This document shows, piece after piece, positions 26,124-37,537 of a stretch of 64,000 nucleotides of DNA. Both the position numbers and the translations under genes were made by a program. This DNA is from Psammoneis japonica (taxonomy: Eukaryota): positions 1 to 64,000 of the forward strand of contig QPGO01000302.1 of NCBI GenBank assembly GCA_008632985.1, in the 5' to 3' direction. The notes beneath the pieces were generated by a model. That model ran no database searches. It was not told where the DNA came from and saw nothing but the letters and a program-made list of their open reading frames with translations. Within the stretch, counting starts at the first letter, position 1, and each line of letters starts with the position of its first letter.

Positions 26124-27542
26124 TTGAAAATGATGGTCTGTGCGTGTATGCGTGACTTTCCCATTTCCCGGTTTTCAAACGCACAACGCACAACTTCGAA
26201 GACCATGGTGCGATCGCGATCGGCGATGGAGCCCACAGGCCAACTGCTTGTGCGGGCAGCGTCAGGGTCTTTGAGGGCACCGCAGAACATTCCCTGGACA
26301 CAATATCCACATCAGTTTCATGTTGTTCAAGAGCAGTGCATCGGACTTCTGCCTTGGATTAAACGAACATTTTATGTAATTTTTGTTCTGTTTGTTCTTA
26401 CACTGTCTTCTATCGGGACCTATGGACTGTTCTATATCATGATCATGCCGTCAAATCAAGCAGTAAGGCCACTTCATTTCGATTATTCTAAGAAGGGATC
26501 AAGTCCGCCGTCGCCGCAATGCGTACCAGACACGGAGAACGTCTGCAACAATGTGGAGCCGCTTCGTTCGGATACCGACCAGGATTGGACACCAACAGCG
26601 ACGGTTGACTTGTTTTCACGACACGCACCATGGGAAGCACTGGAAGAAGATGTTGTTCCAAAGGATATTATCGACAATCGTTTACTTCAAGCACGGCATG
26701 CGTATTTTGTGGAGGTCGAGTTGCTCATGCCTGAAACCGAGAGAAACCGTCTGAACGGTATGTTTGGTGTTGTCGTGGAACTACGCAGTAACGACATTGT
26801 TCTGGCCACATCAACTCGATCTGCAAGATTTCCGTTTGAAAGTGGATGGTTGGGGGTCATTCGAAAACTTTTATCAATCGTACCGTTGCTCCTGGGAGCT
26901 GCAAGTGAATGTCGCAAAGTTCTTGTTACTCCATTTGACAACTATGTTGAAAGCGAGAGACACCCGTTGCATCATTTGGTAGTGAAGCTTGTGGTTCCTC
27001 CCAATGCATCCTTTGACGCTAGACATGTTGAGGTTGTATCAGGACAGGTTCGAATAGGAGAAGAGCTTGATGACTTCCAAAGAATCATTAGTGACTGGTT
27101 TTTTTCGTGCTACGTGATTGGAACAATGATGATTCTCGGTGTCAAGATTATGCTTTGGATGGCTTTTCAATTCTGGTGGGATAATCGACCCCAAAAACCA
27201 AGGCGACAATCGACAAAGGAGTCAGGTGAAGCAAAGCAAAATACTAGTAGCTCTGAACGTTCGCCCCAAGAATGGGACGTTCCTTTTGATGACGAGGGTT
27301 GGGATGACATTTCATTTACTCCTATGGATGAAATATTTCAAGATCCAGATATGAGTGATCTTCATAATGAAGAAATCGCTTCCTCCTCTTCCAATCCCGA
27401 ATCGGACAGTAGACGAGAGGCCGTTGTAACACCAACGCAAGGACTTGAAGAGACGAGCAGAGAAACGGATTCTTTTTTCTTGCCTGAGGGGTCCACTAGC
27501 GCGTTTATGAGAAGAGCCAATAGTGTGGAGAGATCAGAGTGA
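26124..27542 (+). CDS. Seipin (lipid droplet biogenesis)
   Basis: Two TM segments flanking PLHFDYS...YFVEVELLMPETERNRLNGMFGV, acidic C-terminal tail; start may be a downstream Met. Confidence 0.85.
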   Translation: MKMMVCACMRDFPISRFSNAQRTTSKTMVRSRSAMEPTGQLLVRAASGSLRAPQNIPWTQYPHQFHVVQEQCIGLLPWIKRTFYVIFVLFVLTLSSIGTYGLFYIMIMPSNQAVRPLHFDYSKKGSSPPSPQCVPDTENVCNNVEPLRSDTDQDWTPTATVDLFSRHAPWEALEEDVVPKDIIDNRLLQARHAYFVEVELLMPETERNRLNGMFGVVVELRSNDIVLATSTRSARFPFESGWLGVIRKLLSIVPLLLGAASECRKVLVTPFDNYVESERHPLHHLVVKLVVPPNASFDARHVEVVSGQVRIGEELDDFQRIISDWFFSCYVIGTMMILGVKIMLWMAFQFWWDNRPQKPRRQSTKESGEAKQNTSSSERSPQEWDVPFDDEGWDDISFTPMDEIFQDPDMSDLHNEEIASSSSNPESDSRREAVVTPTQGLEETSRETDSFFLPEGSTSAFMRRANSVERSE

Positions 27543-28869
27543 GGGAAGCGAGTTCATGCTCAGCCCGTTTGTCATGTGTGATAATGATCAATTATCCCCG
27601 AATATTCCATTGCATTGTCGGACGCTGTAATTTCTGAAATGCGTCTCTTGACGAGAAATGCCTCCCACTGTTTCGCTGGACGGATGTGATATTTGGCGAA
27701 CACTTCCATTCGTAAGCGCGACGTTGAACTCCATCTGGTCATAAAGCGATCAGGTCATTTTCTCGAAGGAACAACCACCGTGCAAGAACCGTTCATCCGT
27801 GATTATGGTTGCAGACTAGGTATGAAGAAGCTCGCAACTCCGCGGCCACGAAAAGCATCCAGATAGGATACTGTGGGATTCCTTATTATTAGTTTTTTAA
27901 TATTACATTAGATGCTATGCCTCATGGCGCTAACTTGTTGATGTCTGTGGTAACGGAGCTACTCTATGCTACGGTATCGGCACATCTTTCCCCTTTCGAA
28001 AAGTGACTGTTCGTGTTGCATTATCCATTTATGCGTTGACCTTCTACTCCATTCATTTGGTGGCAGGGCCTCGCTCTTCGTCCACATGGAATTCGAAAAG
28101 TACCTAAATGCGCTTTGCTATGATGGAATGCAGTCCCGAGTCGCCGACGCTAGAGTGGCTCAGTTGTAGCAGTGATGGAACCAGTCGCGCTGTCGAATCA
28201 GGATCATCATCTCGCATGTGATCTGAAGTGTCCTCAATTGGCTTTGCGATGCGTCCAAGAAATGTGCCATGCTCTAGAAATGTGTCGTGTGAATATGGTG
28301 CCAAATTTCTCGAGCCAATTTCATATTATGTAGTTGCCGCTATCCAATCTGACTTTCACCTGTCATGGCGCTGCGCTTCTTCAACATGGCAAGACTGCGT
28401 TCATCCGATTTACACATGCGTGATCGATACAGACAACAACAAATCCCTAATTTTAACTGGGTTATATCCCAGCGCCTGCTTTTGACTAATAGCAACGGTC
28501 TCGGCCATTTCCGTTGTGTCGCTTTGCCGGTCATGCTGAACCTTTAAGATTGGTAAAGATTCACCACCATGACGTGGCTTTTTGAAAACACATCAAAAAA
28601 ACATAAGAAAAATGGTCGCTAAACCTACCAGGCCCCAAGAGCCACACGCGGTCGTGGCAAGTGCCCGCTCGCAGATTTCTCCGTGTTTCTGTCACAATTT
28701 TTCCATTCGCCTCGATTCACAACTATCCGACGTCGAAAAGCCTCTGTTGCTGTTCTTTTAGCCATGGCGTTTATTGACGCCGCCATGGTCACTGTTGATC
28801 TGCGTTGAGACCTGTTTGTCGAGAAGCAAGCTTGCTCACAGTCAAAGCGAGTGTGGCAATGATAGCGTT

Positions 28870-29444
28870 TGTTGGACGAAAGCTTTTCATCCCGTTGGAG
28901 TATGACCATCGCTGTAGCGGTTCCCACCACCACTCGCCAAAGTCTTCTCTTAGAGAGCAGGGCTCTGCCATTGCGCATCTCAGTCTCCGCCATCTCCCCA
29001 CTCCCTCAGTGCCTCACCATCGACCATCGCTTCGTTCCCGGAACACTCTCTTGTTTTGTGTTTTGTGAATGTTTTGCCATGTTTTGCGATAAAATTTTTG
29101 CTTGACGGTCGATGCATGGACGGCCGGGACGTTACAAGTCCGTCCGCGTCCCGTCCGTCGCGCGTGCTCTTTGACGCGAGATCGCGCATGGACAGAAAAT
29201 GGAAAAAAGTGGACAGAAAAAAATTTCTGTCCATTTCCGTTGGGCACGATCGCGCATGGACAGAGTTTCTGTTGCCATGCTGACAACAAGCCACTTTGCA
29301 ACTTTTCTCCTTTCTATTGGGATGTCTTGAGGAGCAACATGACAAAACACAGCAAGCACGACTGCCAGGGTTCAATGGTTGGGAATGCTCGTTGTTCTTG
29401 TTTTGAGTGGCTGCACCTCTTTCACACCTCTTGTGTGCGCAGGT
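28870..29444. mobile_element. Left part of an older TpA-depleted element interrupted by the Copia, with clustered short repeats
   Basis: GATCGCGCATGGACAGA at 29180 and 29248; TGGACAGAAA...TTTCTGTCCA hairpin at 29210-29233; sequence resumes after the Copia TSD at 35911. Confidence 0.5.
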
Positions 29445-30094
29445 TGACAGGATTTGAACAAGATTTTAGTTTGTCACACGTGATCATGTGTGCTCTTGGT
29501 TCCGCGCACATCGTGCGATGCAGCTTGCTTTCGAGCCACCGGCGCTCACAAGAGCAATGACAGCAGACGGGTTCCAGCCCCGGGTGGGGCTCCGTGTGAC
29601 ATTGGGCCCGCAGAATTCTGCGTGCGAGCTTCGTGGCAAATTTGTGCTGCAATGAAAATGCAAATGATCGCCAACAGAAAAAGAGGCAATTTTACGAATG
29701 CATCTCCTCCTCCATGCTTGAAGCACATCATTTTGACAGTTTGCCCGGGTGTGCTCTTCAGACATTGAAGAACACACCCAGTGCATTTTCATTCTCACAA
29801 GTGTTGAAAACAGAAAGCCTTTGGCTTTGCAAAACAGGGAGCATGAAACAATTTCGTAGAATGCAACATGTGGAAATCTGCGTGCGCGACATGCGATGCG
29901 ATCCAAAAAACTGTTGATGTCACAGTGCAGCAGTGCGAGGCCCCACCTGGAGCTGGAACGTGCCAGCAGTGCCGACATCACGACGCCAGCCTTTCGGCTC
30001 CTGCGGCGGTCTCTGCATGGAGACTCATCTGCAGTTTAGACAGCAGCAAGGAGTTGTTGTTTTCTTCCACCCCAGTCATCTTCATTTTCTGTCA
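29445..30094 (+). repeat. 5' LTR (247 bp plus a MITE insertion)
   Basis: Colinear with 35664-35910 once 29567-29969 is removed. Confidence 0.93.
29567..29963. mobile_element. MITE copy 1 (~397 bp) inserted in the 5' LTR
   Basis: TIRs ACGGGTTCCAGCCCCGGGTGGGG / CCCCACCTGGAGCTGGAACGTGC; CAGCAG duplicated on both sides and single in the 3' LTR (empty site). Confidence 0.92.
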
Positions 30095-32405
30095 GATTGA
30101 CAGTCTCGCCAACAGCACCAGAATTTTGCTGAAAGCCGGGGACCCGAAGTGATCCATGACAGTGTTGGCCATGGTCTCCACAGTTTGGCAGCGGCATTCA
30201 GCAAAATTCTGATGCTGTTGGTGAGGCTCGCTTTGCCAACTAGAGATGAAGAGAGGGCGTGAAGGATGCCAAGAACCTTGTTGCTGATCTCAACTTGAGC
30301 ATGGTCGCTGATGAGCTTGGGCAGGGCACCGCGATTGTGAATGCTGTCTTCGAGGGTGTTGACAAATTCTTTGTCAGTTTTGGTGCCATGCACATCAGTG
30401 ACGAGAGATTCCATGCCAACAAAGAGCTGGGCGCTGGTGCAACCAGAGTCAACAGCAGGGGTGTCGGAGCACACCGTGTTGGTGGCAACGGGTTCATTGC
30501 GTTGGTGGACATTGAGAGCCGGGTTGGGTGACTTGCGCACCTTTTTCAGGTGCGTGCTGGCTGGCATGCAGGCACACTGCGTCATGCAGTCAAAAGTGCG
30601 GCAAACAGTGTCCTTTAGGAGAAAGCCAAAACAAGGGCGGAGGGACTCAAAGTCATGATCCTTGGGATTGAGTTCGTGCTCATGGCGTGCGTAGAAGAAA
30701 TCAGATGTTGGGAGCAGGTGATCATCAAGGACGGAGTCTGCTGCATGGCATTGTTGAAGACATGGCAGTGATGACAGTTGCCGAACTCATCAAAGAGGTT
30801 GGAAGTCGGGTCATCCTGGAGGTTAGACACAGCATCACACCATGTCTCATCATCGGCGAACTGGTGGTCAAGGACAGATGGATCCCATGTGTCATCACCA
30901 GCGAGAATGACATGCGGCAGAGTGTCCCATTCGGCGTCAGTGTGTGGGCGTGTGGCGATGCATGGAAGGCCGGCTTCAATGTTGATGGGAATGACGCATC
31001 CATCAACAGTGGTGATGCGCTGCAGACCATTGGGGACCTTGACGACCAATCATTGACATCATGTTTGCACCACTCAAGCTGGCCACAAGAGTGCATCGTC
31101 TTCCCCTTTCCAGTGTGGGCATGCTGGTGAAGGATGGCAATGGCAGGGCTGCGTTGCGTGTGGATGACACCACCGGCAGTGACAACAGGAATGTCGACTG
31201 GTTGATGATCGTCGACACCTTGGACGTCAACCTGGCAACCAGTGCGGGCAATGACACAAACATCATCACCTGCGACACCACCGTTTGCACCATGATCCAC
31301 AAGAGCACCTTTGTGAGTTGACTTGTGGGTTGAGGCAGAGCAGACAACATTGTGGTTGTTGACGCGATGGCATTTATGACCGTTAAGCTCAATGTCAGTG
31401 TTGGCAGTGCAGAAGGACACAGATCCATTGGATTTCTCGTCGGAGTGGACAGAAGGTGTAGATCGGGGGGTTTCTCACCAGAGCGGGCGGAGGGGGGGGG
31501 GGGGGGGTGTTCAGGTGCCAGGAGGCATTGCAAGTTGCTGGGTGGTGAAGGCTTGCACCGTGTGAGATGGGCCAGGATGGGGTTGGCATCAGCCGTGTTG
31601 GTGGCAGCATCAGATGGTGTGAGTTCTGATGCAAGATCATGGGTGTTGGCGGACAAGTTGATGTCGCCATCACTGCCAAGATGGAGGTTGTGCAGGTTGA
31701 CCATCGTCAAGTCATGGCAGTTGCCGGTGTGGGCATTGCACGAGCCAAGGATGACAGCCTTGGTGGAATGGGGCAAGGTGTCCCAAATGCACTGATGGTC
31801 CAGCGGAATGCAACGCCATTGTTCCCTGGTGAGGGAGTTGCCGTGGGTCTGTGCAGCACAAGCTTGGATGACGTCAACATCGCTGTTGATGTTGAAGAAC
31901 ACATCATCGTCAGGGTCGTCGGGGGCCAGGTCATGTTCGCAGATGGCACGGCACGGAGCATGAGGAGCCATCTTGGGGGTGAATGTGCTGTTGCACTGTG
32001 CTGTGGCAGAAAGCAGGAGTCCACAGCACTCTTCACAAGAGAGGCCCTTTCCATTCTGCGTGCGGAACTGATCGGCCTGATTCTTCACTGAACAGAGTTC
32101 TTTGACAGGGTGAATGGCGTTCTCAAGCATGACACATTTCTGGCCAGCAGAGAAATGGTCCACACCCGGGACAAGAGCTTCACACTTGTGGAGCTGGTCC
32201 TGCCAGTGAAGTGCGAAGGCATGGGTGGATCCTTTCCAGGTGCCATCACCGAGGCGAACAGTGGTGAGGTGCGTGAGAAGGGTCGAGGACTCCAGGGATG
32301 CACGAGCAGAAGCAAGGGTGCACTTGGAGAGGTCACGACAACCACTTGAGCATCAGAGGAGCCGACATGTTGACAAACAAGTGCCTTGCCTTTGTCATTC
32401 TGCAA
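30095..32405 (-). pseudogene. Inverted gag-protease-integrase segment of the Copia
   Basis: Minus-strand QNDKGKALV..DAQ (gag), LVDHGANGGVAGDDV (protease), RNEPVATNTVCSDTPAVDSG...KLISD (integrase), while LTRs and RT are on the + strand. Confidence 0.88.
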
Positions 32406-32409
32406 GATC

Positions 32410-35400
32410 CGTTCGAGTGCAGCTGAGCCGCTGCCAAACTGTGAAGACCATGGCCAACACTGTCATGGATTGCTTTGGGTCCCCGGCTTGCACCTGGCTG
32501 CTCGCCCTGATGTGCGTGTGCTTTCTGCTCAACCACATGGCGTCTGCCAAGCTCCACTGGCGTGCCCCCCACCGAGGTGCCATCCGGCTCTGCTCCCAAC
32601 ATCAGCCCGCTCCTCCGCTTTCAATGGTGGGAGCCCGTGTGCTGCCACCTGGATGATTCTGACTGGCCGTCTGAGTCCCGTGAATCACGCGGTCACTTTG
32701 TTGGCATCACTGAACACGTTGGTCACCAAATGACATTCAAGATTCTTTCTGATGACACTCAGAAGATTCTCTGCCGTTCCAACGTGCACTCCGCCCGTGA
32801 TCCGTCTGCTCCAAACCTGCATCTTGATCCTCCTGACAAGAAATCTGCTGAACCTGTCATTAAATCCCGCCATGACTCCAAGGATTTGCCAGATTCACCA
32901 GATGGGGAGGCAATCAGGATGCCCAAAATGCCGGTCTTTGACCCCAAGGACATCATCGGATGCACCTTCCTCATGAAGCCACAAGAGGATGGACAACGCC
33001 ACAGAGCCCGCATCGTCAAAGCCGTTGAGGACCATGACTGGAAAATTGGAGACAATCCTGAACTGGTCAAGTTCATTTGCTCCGTCAACAATGACGAATG
33101 CGAGGAAGTCCCAGCCTGCAACGACATCATGCACCACATTGAGCAAGGACGAGGACACCACCCTCTGGAAGTTCCAAAGCATCGCATCGCATGAAGGACC
33201 ATTGCGACCCCATGATCCCTCTTGGAAAGGCTCAAGCTGCAACGTCATGCTTGAATGGGAGAATGGGGAGATCACGTCCGAACCCCTTGCCATCATTGCC
33301 AAGGATGACCCTGTCACCTGTGCCATCCATGCGCGTGAGGACGGCCTTCTAGAAACCGAAGGATGGAGACGTTTTTGCAAGACAGCCCTCCGTCAGAAGA
33401 AGCTGTTCCGCATGGCCAACCAAGCCAAGTCACGCTCCTTTTGCACTGCTCCACGACACAAGTGCGGGTGTGAAGTGCCGCAGGACTGCAAGCATGCCAT
33501 GGCCCTTGATGAGCGTAACGGCAACCGCAAGTGGGGGGACGCAACGGACCTTGAGATGACTCAGCTTGGTGAGTGCGAGGTCTTCCACGACTGCGGACAC
33601 TACAAGGATTCCAGTGCTCCATCAGGACACAAGAAGATCCAGGTGCATCAGACGCTGCGACATCAAACATGACAGATGGCACAAAGCAAGGCTTGTTGCC
33701 AATGGACACCTCACAGACGTGCCCATCGACAGTGTCCATTCCGGAGTGGCATCTCTCTGTGGCCTGCGAACGACGATCTTCCTGACCGAACTCAGTGAAC
33801 TGGTGACCCATGCAGAAACAGGGAACAAGTGCTTAAACCACAGAGACAGAGATTTTCTGTGTGTGTAAAAATTGTGAGATTGTTTTAGTTAGAGTGCAAA
33901 TGCGTGATGGTGTCTTTTTCCAAGAAACAAGAATTCTTGTTGTGTGACAAGTCATTGGAAAGACTCAATCACAAGTCTTTTGTAACACTCATTGACACTC
34001 ATGCGGAGCCAATTTGCAGGCTCATGCTTGGTGCTGCACACATCCTGCGCAGACCCTTCGTGCGAGGTGAGTCATTTGCGCGATGGCCAGTCGCGCCGGT
34101 CTCAGTCGCATGGGTCACTCCTGCAGCCTGTTGCAGGTCTCGCACTGGGAGTCGTGTTTTCTGCAACACGCTTCTGCGGGATCAGCGTCGCTGCAGACAG
34201 CCTGCAGATGCAGGAAAGTGGCATCATTGGCGGCCATGGCAGGGATGCCCACTGCATTGAGTTAGAGACCTGGGCCACTGACATTCGGAATGCCTGTCTC
34301 GAAGCTGCGACCAAGGAGAAACTGCACATTGCAGCAGGCCCCGAGTTCAGCAAGCTGGAGGGACACATCCTTGTCATCCACAAGGCCTTGTGCGGACTCC
34401 ACAGCTCTGGCCTCAGATGGCATGAATGCTTTGCCAATTGCTTGCATGCTGAAGGCTTCTTCCCATGCAAAGCCGAACCCGACATCTGGCTGCGCAGGAA
34501 TGGTGACCACTGCAAATGCGTGGCAGTGCATGTGGACGACCTGGCCTTTGCCATGAAGGACCCCCAGGCTTTTGCAGACACCCTCATGGAGAAATGCAAG
34601 TTCAAACTCAAGGGCACCAGACCGTTGGAGTTCCATCTTGGTTGCGACTTCACCCGTGACCCAGACGGCACCCTGTGCCTTGCTCCCCACAAGTGCATTG
34701 AGTGCATGGTTGACAACTGCGCACACCTCTTTGGGGAGAAGCCCCGCACTGATGTGCTTTCACCCCTTGACAAAGGTGACCACCCTGAGCTCGACACCTC
34801 CGAGTTACTCAAACCGGAGGGCATCCACCAATTCCAATCCTTGATTGGATCCCTGCAATGGGCCGCATCTCTGGGTTGCATTGACGCCACTGCAGCTGTC
34901 ATGTCCCTGTCTGGCTTCCATGCAGCGCCCCGCCAAGGCCACCTGGACCATGCCAAACGCATCTGCGGATTCCTCTCCAAGATGCATCATGGTGCCCTCC
35001 AAGTGTGCACCAAGGAGCCCGACCATTCGGACCTCCCTAAACCCGTGCATGACTGGGCTCAATCTGTGTGTGGGGAGGTAGAAGAGCTGCTCCCGCAAGA
35101 TGCACCCGAGCCACTTGGCAAGTTCGTCACCGCCACACACTGCGTTGATGCGAACTTGTTCCATTGCATGCTCACTGGATGCTCTGTCACCGGCATCCTC
35201 CATTTCCCAACAAGTTTCGGCTGATTGGTTCTCTAAGAAACAAGCAACAGTTGAGACTGCTGCACATGGATCCGAGTTTGTTGCTGCAAGGACATGCGTT
35301 GAGCAGATCATTGACCTGCGCATCACTTTGCAACACCTTGGCATCCCCATTTGTTAAAAATTGCCTCATGTTTGGGGACAACAAGTTGGTTGTGGACAGT

Positions 35401-35660
35401 GCTGCCATCCCTCACTCCAAGTTACACAAGTGACACACCGCCCTCTCATTCCACCGTGTGCGTGAGGCGATTGCCTCCGGTGGCCTCAAGTTTCATTTCA
35501 TCGAAGGCTCCCACAACCCAGCTGACATCCTCAGCAAGCATTGGGGTTGCTCCCAAGTCTGGAGCCTCCTTCATCCTCCAATGTTTTGGAACTTTGATCC
35601 TGAGGCTTTCAACCAATCTGACCTTGAATCTGTCGCTGTTGACCCCTCAAGCAAACTGGG
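32410..35660 (+). pseudogene. Copia integrase C-terminus, RT and RNase H pseudogene
   Basis: PNISPLLRFQWWEPV, EWENGEITSEPL, HKARLVANGH, TDIRNACLEA, KALCGLHSSG, VAVHVDDL, WFSKKQATVETAAHGSEF, NPADILSKHW; frameshifts and stops. Confidence 0.93.
33800..34257. mobile_element. ~450-bp non-coding insertion interrupting the Copia RT
   Basis: RT reading IFLTELSEL stops at ~33803 and resumes as ELETWATD at ~34259; weakly inverted ends; exact termini uncertain. Confidence 0.65.
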
Positions 35661-35663
35661 GAG

Positions 35664-35910
35664 TGACAGGATTTGAACAAGATTTTTGTTCATCACACAC
35701 AATCATGTGTGCTCTTAGTTCCGTGCACATCACGCGATGCAGTTTGCTTTCGAGCCACCAGCTCACAAGAATGATGACAGCAGTGCCGACATCATGACAC
35801 CAGTCTTTTGGCTCCTGTGGCGGTCTCTGCACGGAGACTCATCTGCTGTTTAGACAGCAGCAAGGAGTTGTTGTTTTTTCTTCCACCCCTGTCATCTTCA
35901 TTTTCTGTCA
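35664..35910 (+). repeat. 3' LTR
   Basis: TGACAG...CTGTCA, preceded by the PPT and followed by the TSD. Confidence 0.95.
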
Positions 35911-36310
35911 CAGGTCATCCTGCAGCCAACAATGAAGTGTGGCATTGAAAAGATTGCAGCAACATGTTGTGCCATGGCCCTGGCGCATCAAACAAAACAA
36001 AGCGAGGTTGTGCAATGCTCATCCTCAACATGGGGCAGAAATGACAGCATGGCCTTTCACTGTCCACCCTCACTGCGGCCCACAAATTGCATCAGACAAA
36101 ATTGACTCCCTTTAGATTCCCACAAGCAGTGCACCACCAATCCAAAGGAAGTGCACACAGGGAGTGTCAAACAATTTTTGAAGCAAGTTGGGAAGATTGG
36201 CAATCTTTTCTGGCCGCTTCTTGAGAAACAAACCCATTTGGCCAGGGTCAGGGCATGCTTGTCTGAGCAGGATTGACAACTGTTGCTCCTCTCTTCTCAA
36301 CTTGGATCTC

Positions 36311-36546
36311 GCACATCATTTTTTACTTGGCCAGGTGTGCTCTTCAGACATTGAAGAATGCACCCAGTGCACTTGTGTTCTTGCAATTTTGTCAAATGAA
36401 GTGTCTGGGGTTTCACAAAACAATGAGCATGGAATTTCTTTTGGAAGACCACACGTAGAAATGTGCACCCGAAACACATGACGGATGACAAAAAAATGAT
36501 TGTCATGTGTCAGCACTGTGAGCTCCCACCCAGGGCTGGAGCGTGT
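36311..36546. mobile_element. MITE copy 3, right half only
   Basis: CACATCATTTTTTACTTGGCCAG...CTTCAGACATTGAAGAA...GAGCTCCCACCCAGGGCTGGAGCGTGT aligns with copies 1 and 2. Confidence 0.85.
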
Positions 36547-37537
36547 TGCCAACCGCACATTGTCTCAGCCGTCTGGGTGTCTGAACATCTGGGCATGCCA
36601 TCACAGGCATGACACCAGGCACCTCCACCTGGCCAGACCAAAAGCTGTTCCTGACCCTGGAACACATGCCCCCATTGTTCACAGGGGCACCTGCAACGGC
36701 CTCTGCCCAGAACCTTGTCTGCTGCACAGACAGCAGCAAGGTGTTGTGCACTGGGTCCAGGCTGGAGCTCTGCTTGTGGTGTCCACCTGATGTCACCAAC
36801 ACTTGAGTGATGGAAACAGAGCAAGGATGACTGGCTCTTGTTCAAACTCTGTCAGGTTGACAGTCTTGATGACCCTCATCAATGCAACAAGCTCTCATTG
36901 AGCAACAAGAACATCCCAAGGACACAAGTGCACAAGTGGTGGCTGGGGTCAATTCTTTGGTCCATTTGACAGCAACCCCAGAAGCCACTCAAGAGAAATG
37001 GAAGAGCAACATTTGCAGTGTCAGGTTGGTGGGGAGTGAGGACAAAAATCAAAGAAGAGCTGGATTTTGGCAGCCAACCTTCAAAATGAACAAGGAAACA
37101 GTGAATGGCAATGGCGATAAATTGGCAGCACAAATGCCAACAGATCACTGCATTCCTCAGTCAGGGAATGGAAATCTGTCAGTGACAACAGCAAATTCTG
37201 GCACGAATTCCAAAGCGGGCTTGGGCTCAAGTCTTGCCAACCATGTGTCTCAGTCATCTGGGTGTCCAAACATCTGAGCATGCTGTCACAGGCATGAGAC
37301 CAGGCACCTCCACCTGGCCAGACCAAGAACTGCTCCTGACCCTGGAGTGCATGTCCCTGTCATTCATGGGGGCACCTGCAATGGTCTCTGCATGGAGACT
37401 TGTTTGCCACGCAGACAGCAGCAAGGTGCTGCACTGGGTCTGGGCCAGAGCTCTGCTTGCTGTGTCCACCTGATGTCATCAATGCTTGAATGATGGAGAC
37501 AGAGCAAGGATGACTGGCTCTTGCTCAAATTCTGTCA
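36547..37537 (+). mobile_element. Pair of ~305-bp LTR-like direct repeats (36547-36854, 37235-37537) with a 380-bp spacer
   Basis: Both start TGCCAACC and end CTGTCA; they share the (GGTCTCTGCATGGAGACT)...GACAGCAGCAAGG core with the Copia LTR; the first is followed by GGTTGACAGTCT, like GATTGACAGTCT after the Copia 5' LTR. Confidence 0.8.

Larger units (their letters stand above)
29445..35910 (+). mobile_element. Ty1/Copia LTR retrotransposon (CoDi-type), both LTRs present, degenerate, internally inverted
   Basis: LTRs 29445-30094 and 35664-35910 (TGACAG...CTGTCA); 5-bp TSD CAGGT at 29440-29444 and 35911-35915; PPT AAACTGGGGAG before the 3' LTR; gag, protease (ALVDHGANGG), integrase (KLISDHAQ), RT (HKARLVANG, HVDD) and RNase H (NPADILSK) remnants. 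Confidence 0.95.

Noticed and set aside
27544..28790. Possible gene or pseudogene between seipin and the large repeat island
   Set aside because: Only short ORFs with no recognisable motif or consistent splice chain.
31492..31508. Long G run (also the C run at ~37553-37567) as a functional G-quadruplex
   Set aside because: Simple homopolymers inside decayed TEs, with lengths unreliable in this assembly.
33992..35224. Alternative genetic code or recoding of Tyr in the RT
   Set aside because: Host genes use TAT/TAC and TAA/TAG normally, and the TA loss also affects non-coding LTRs and MITEs regardless of frame.
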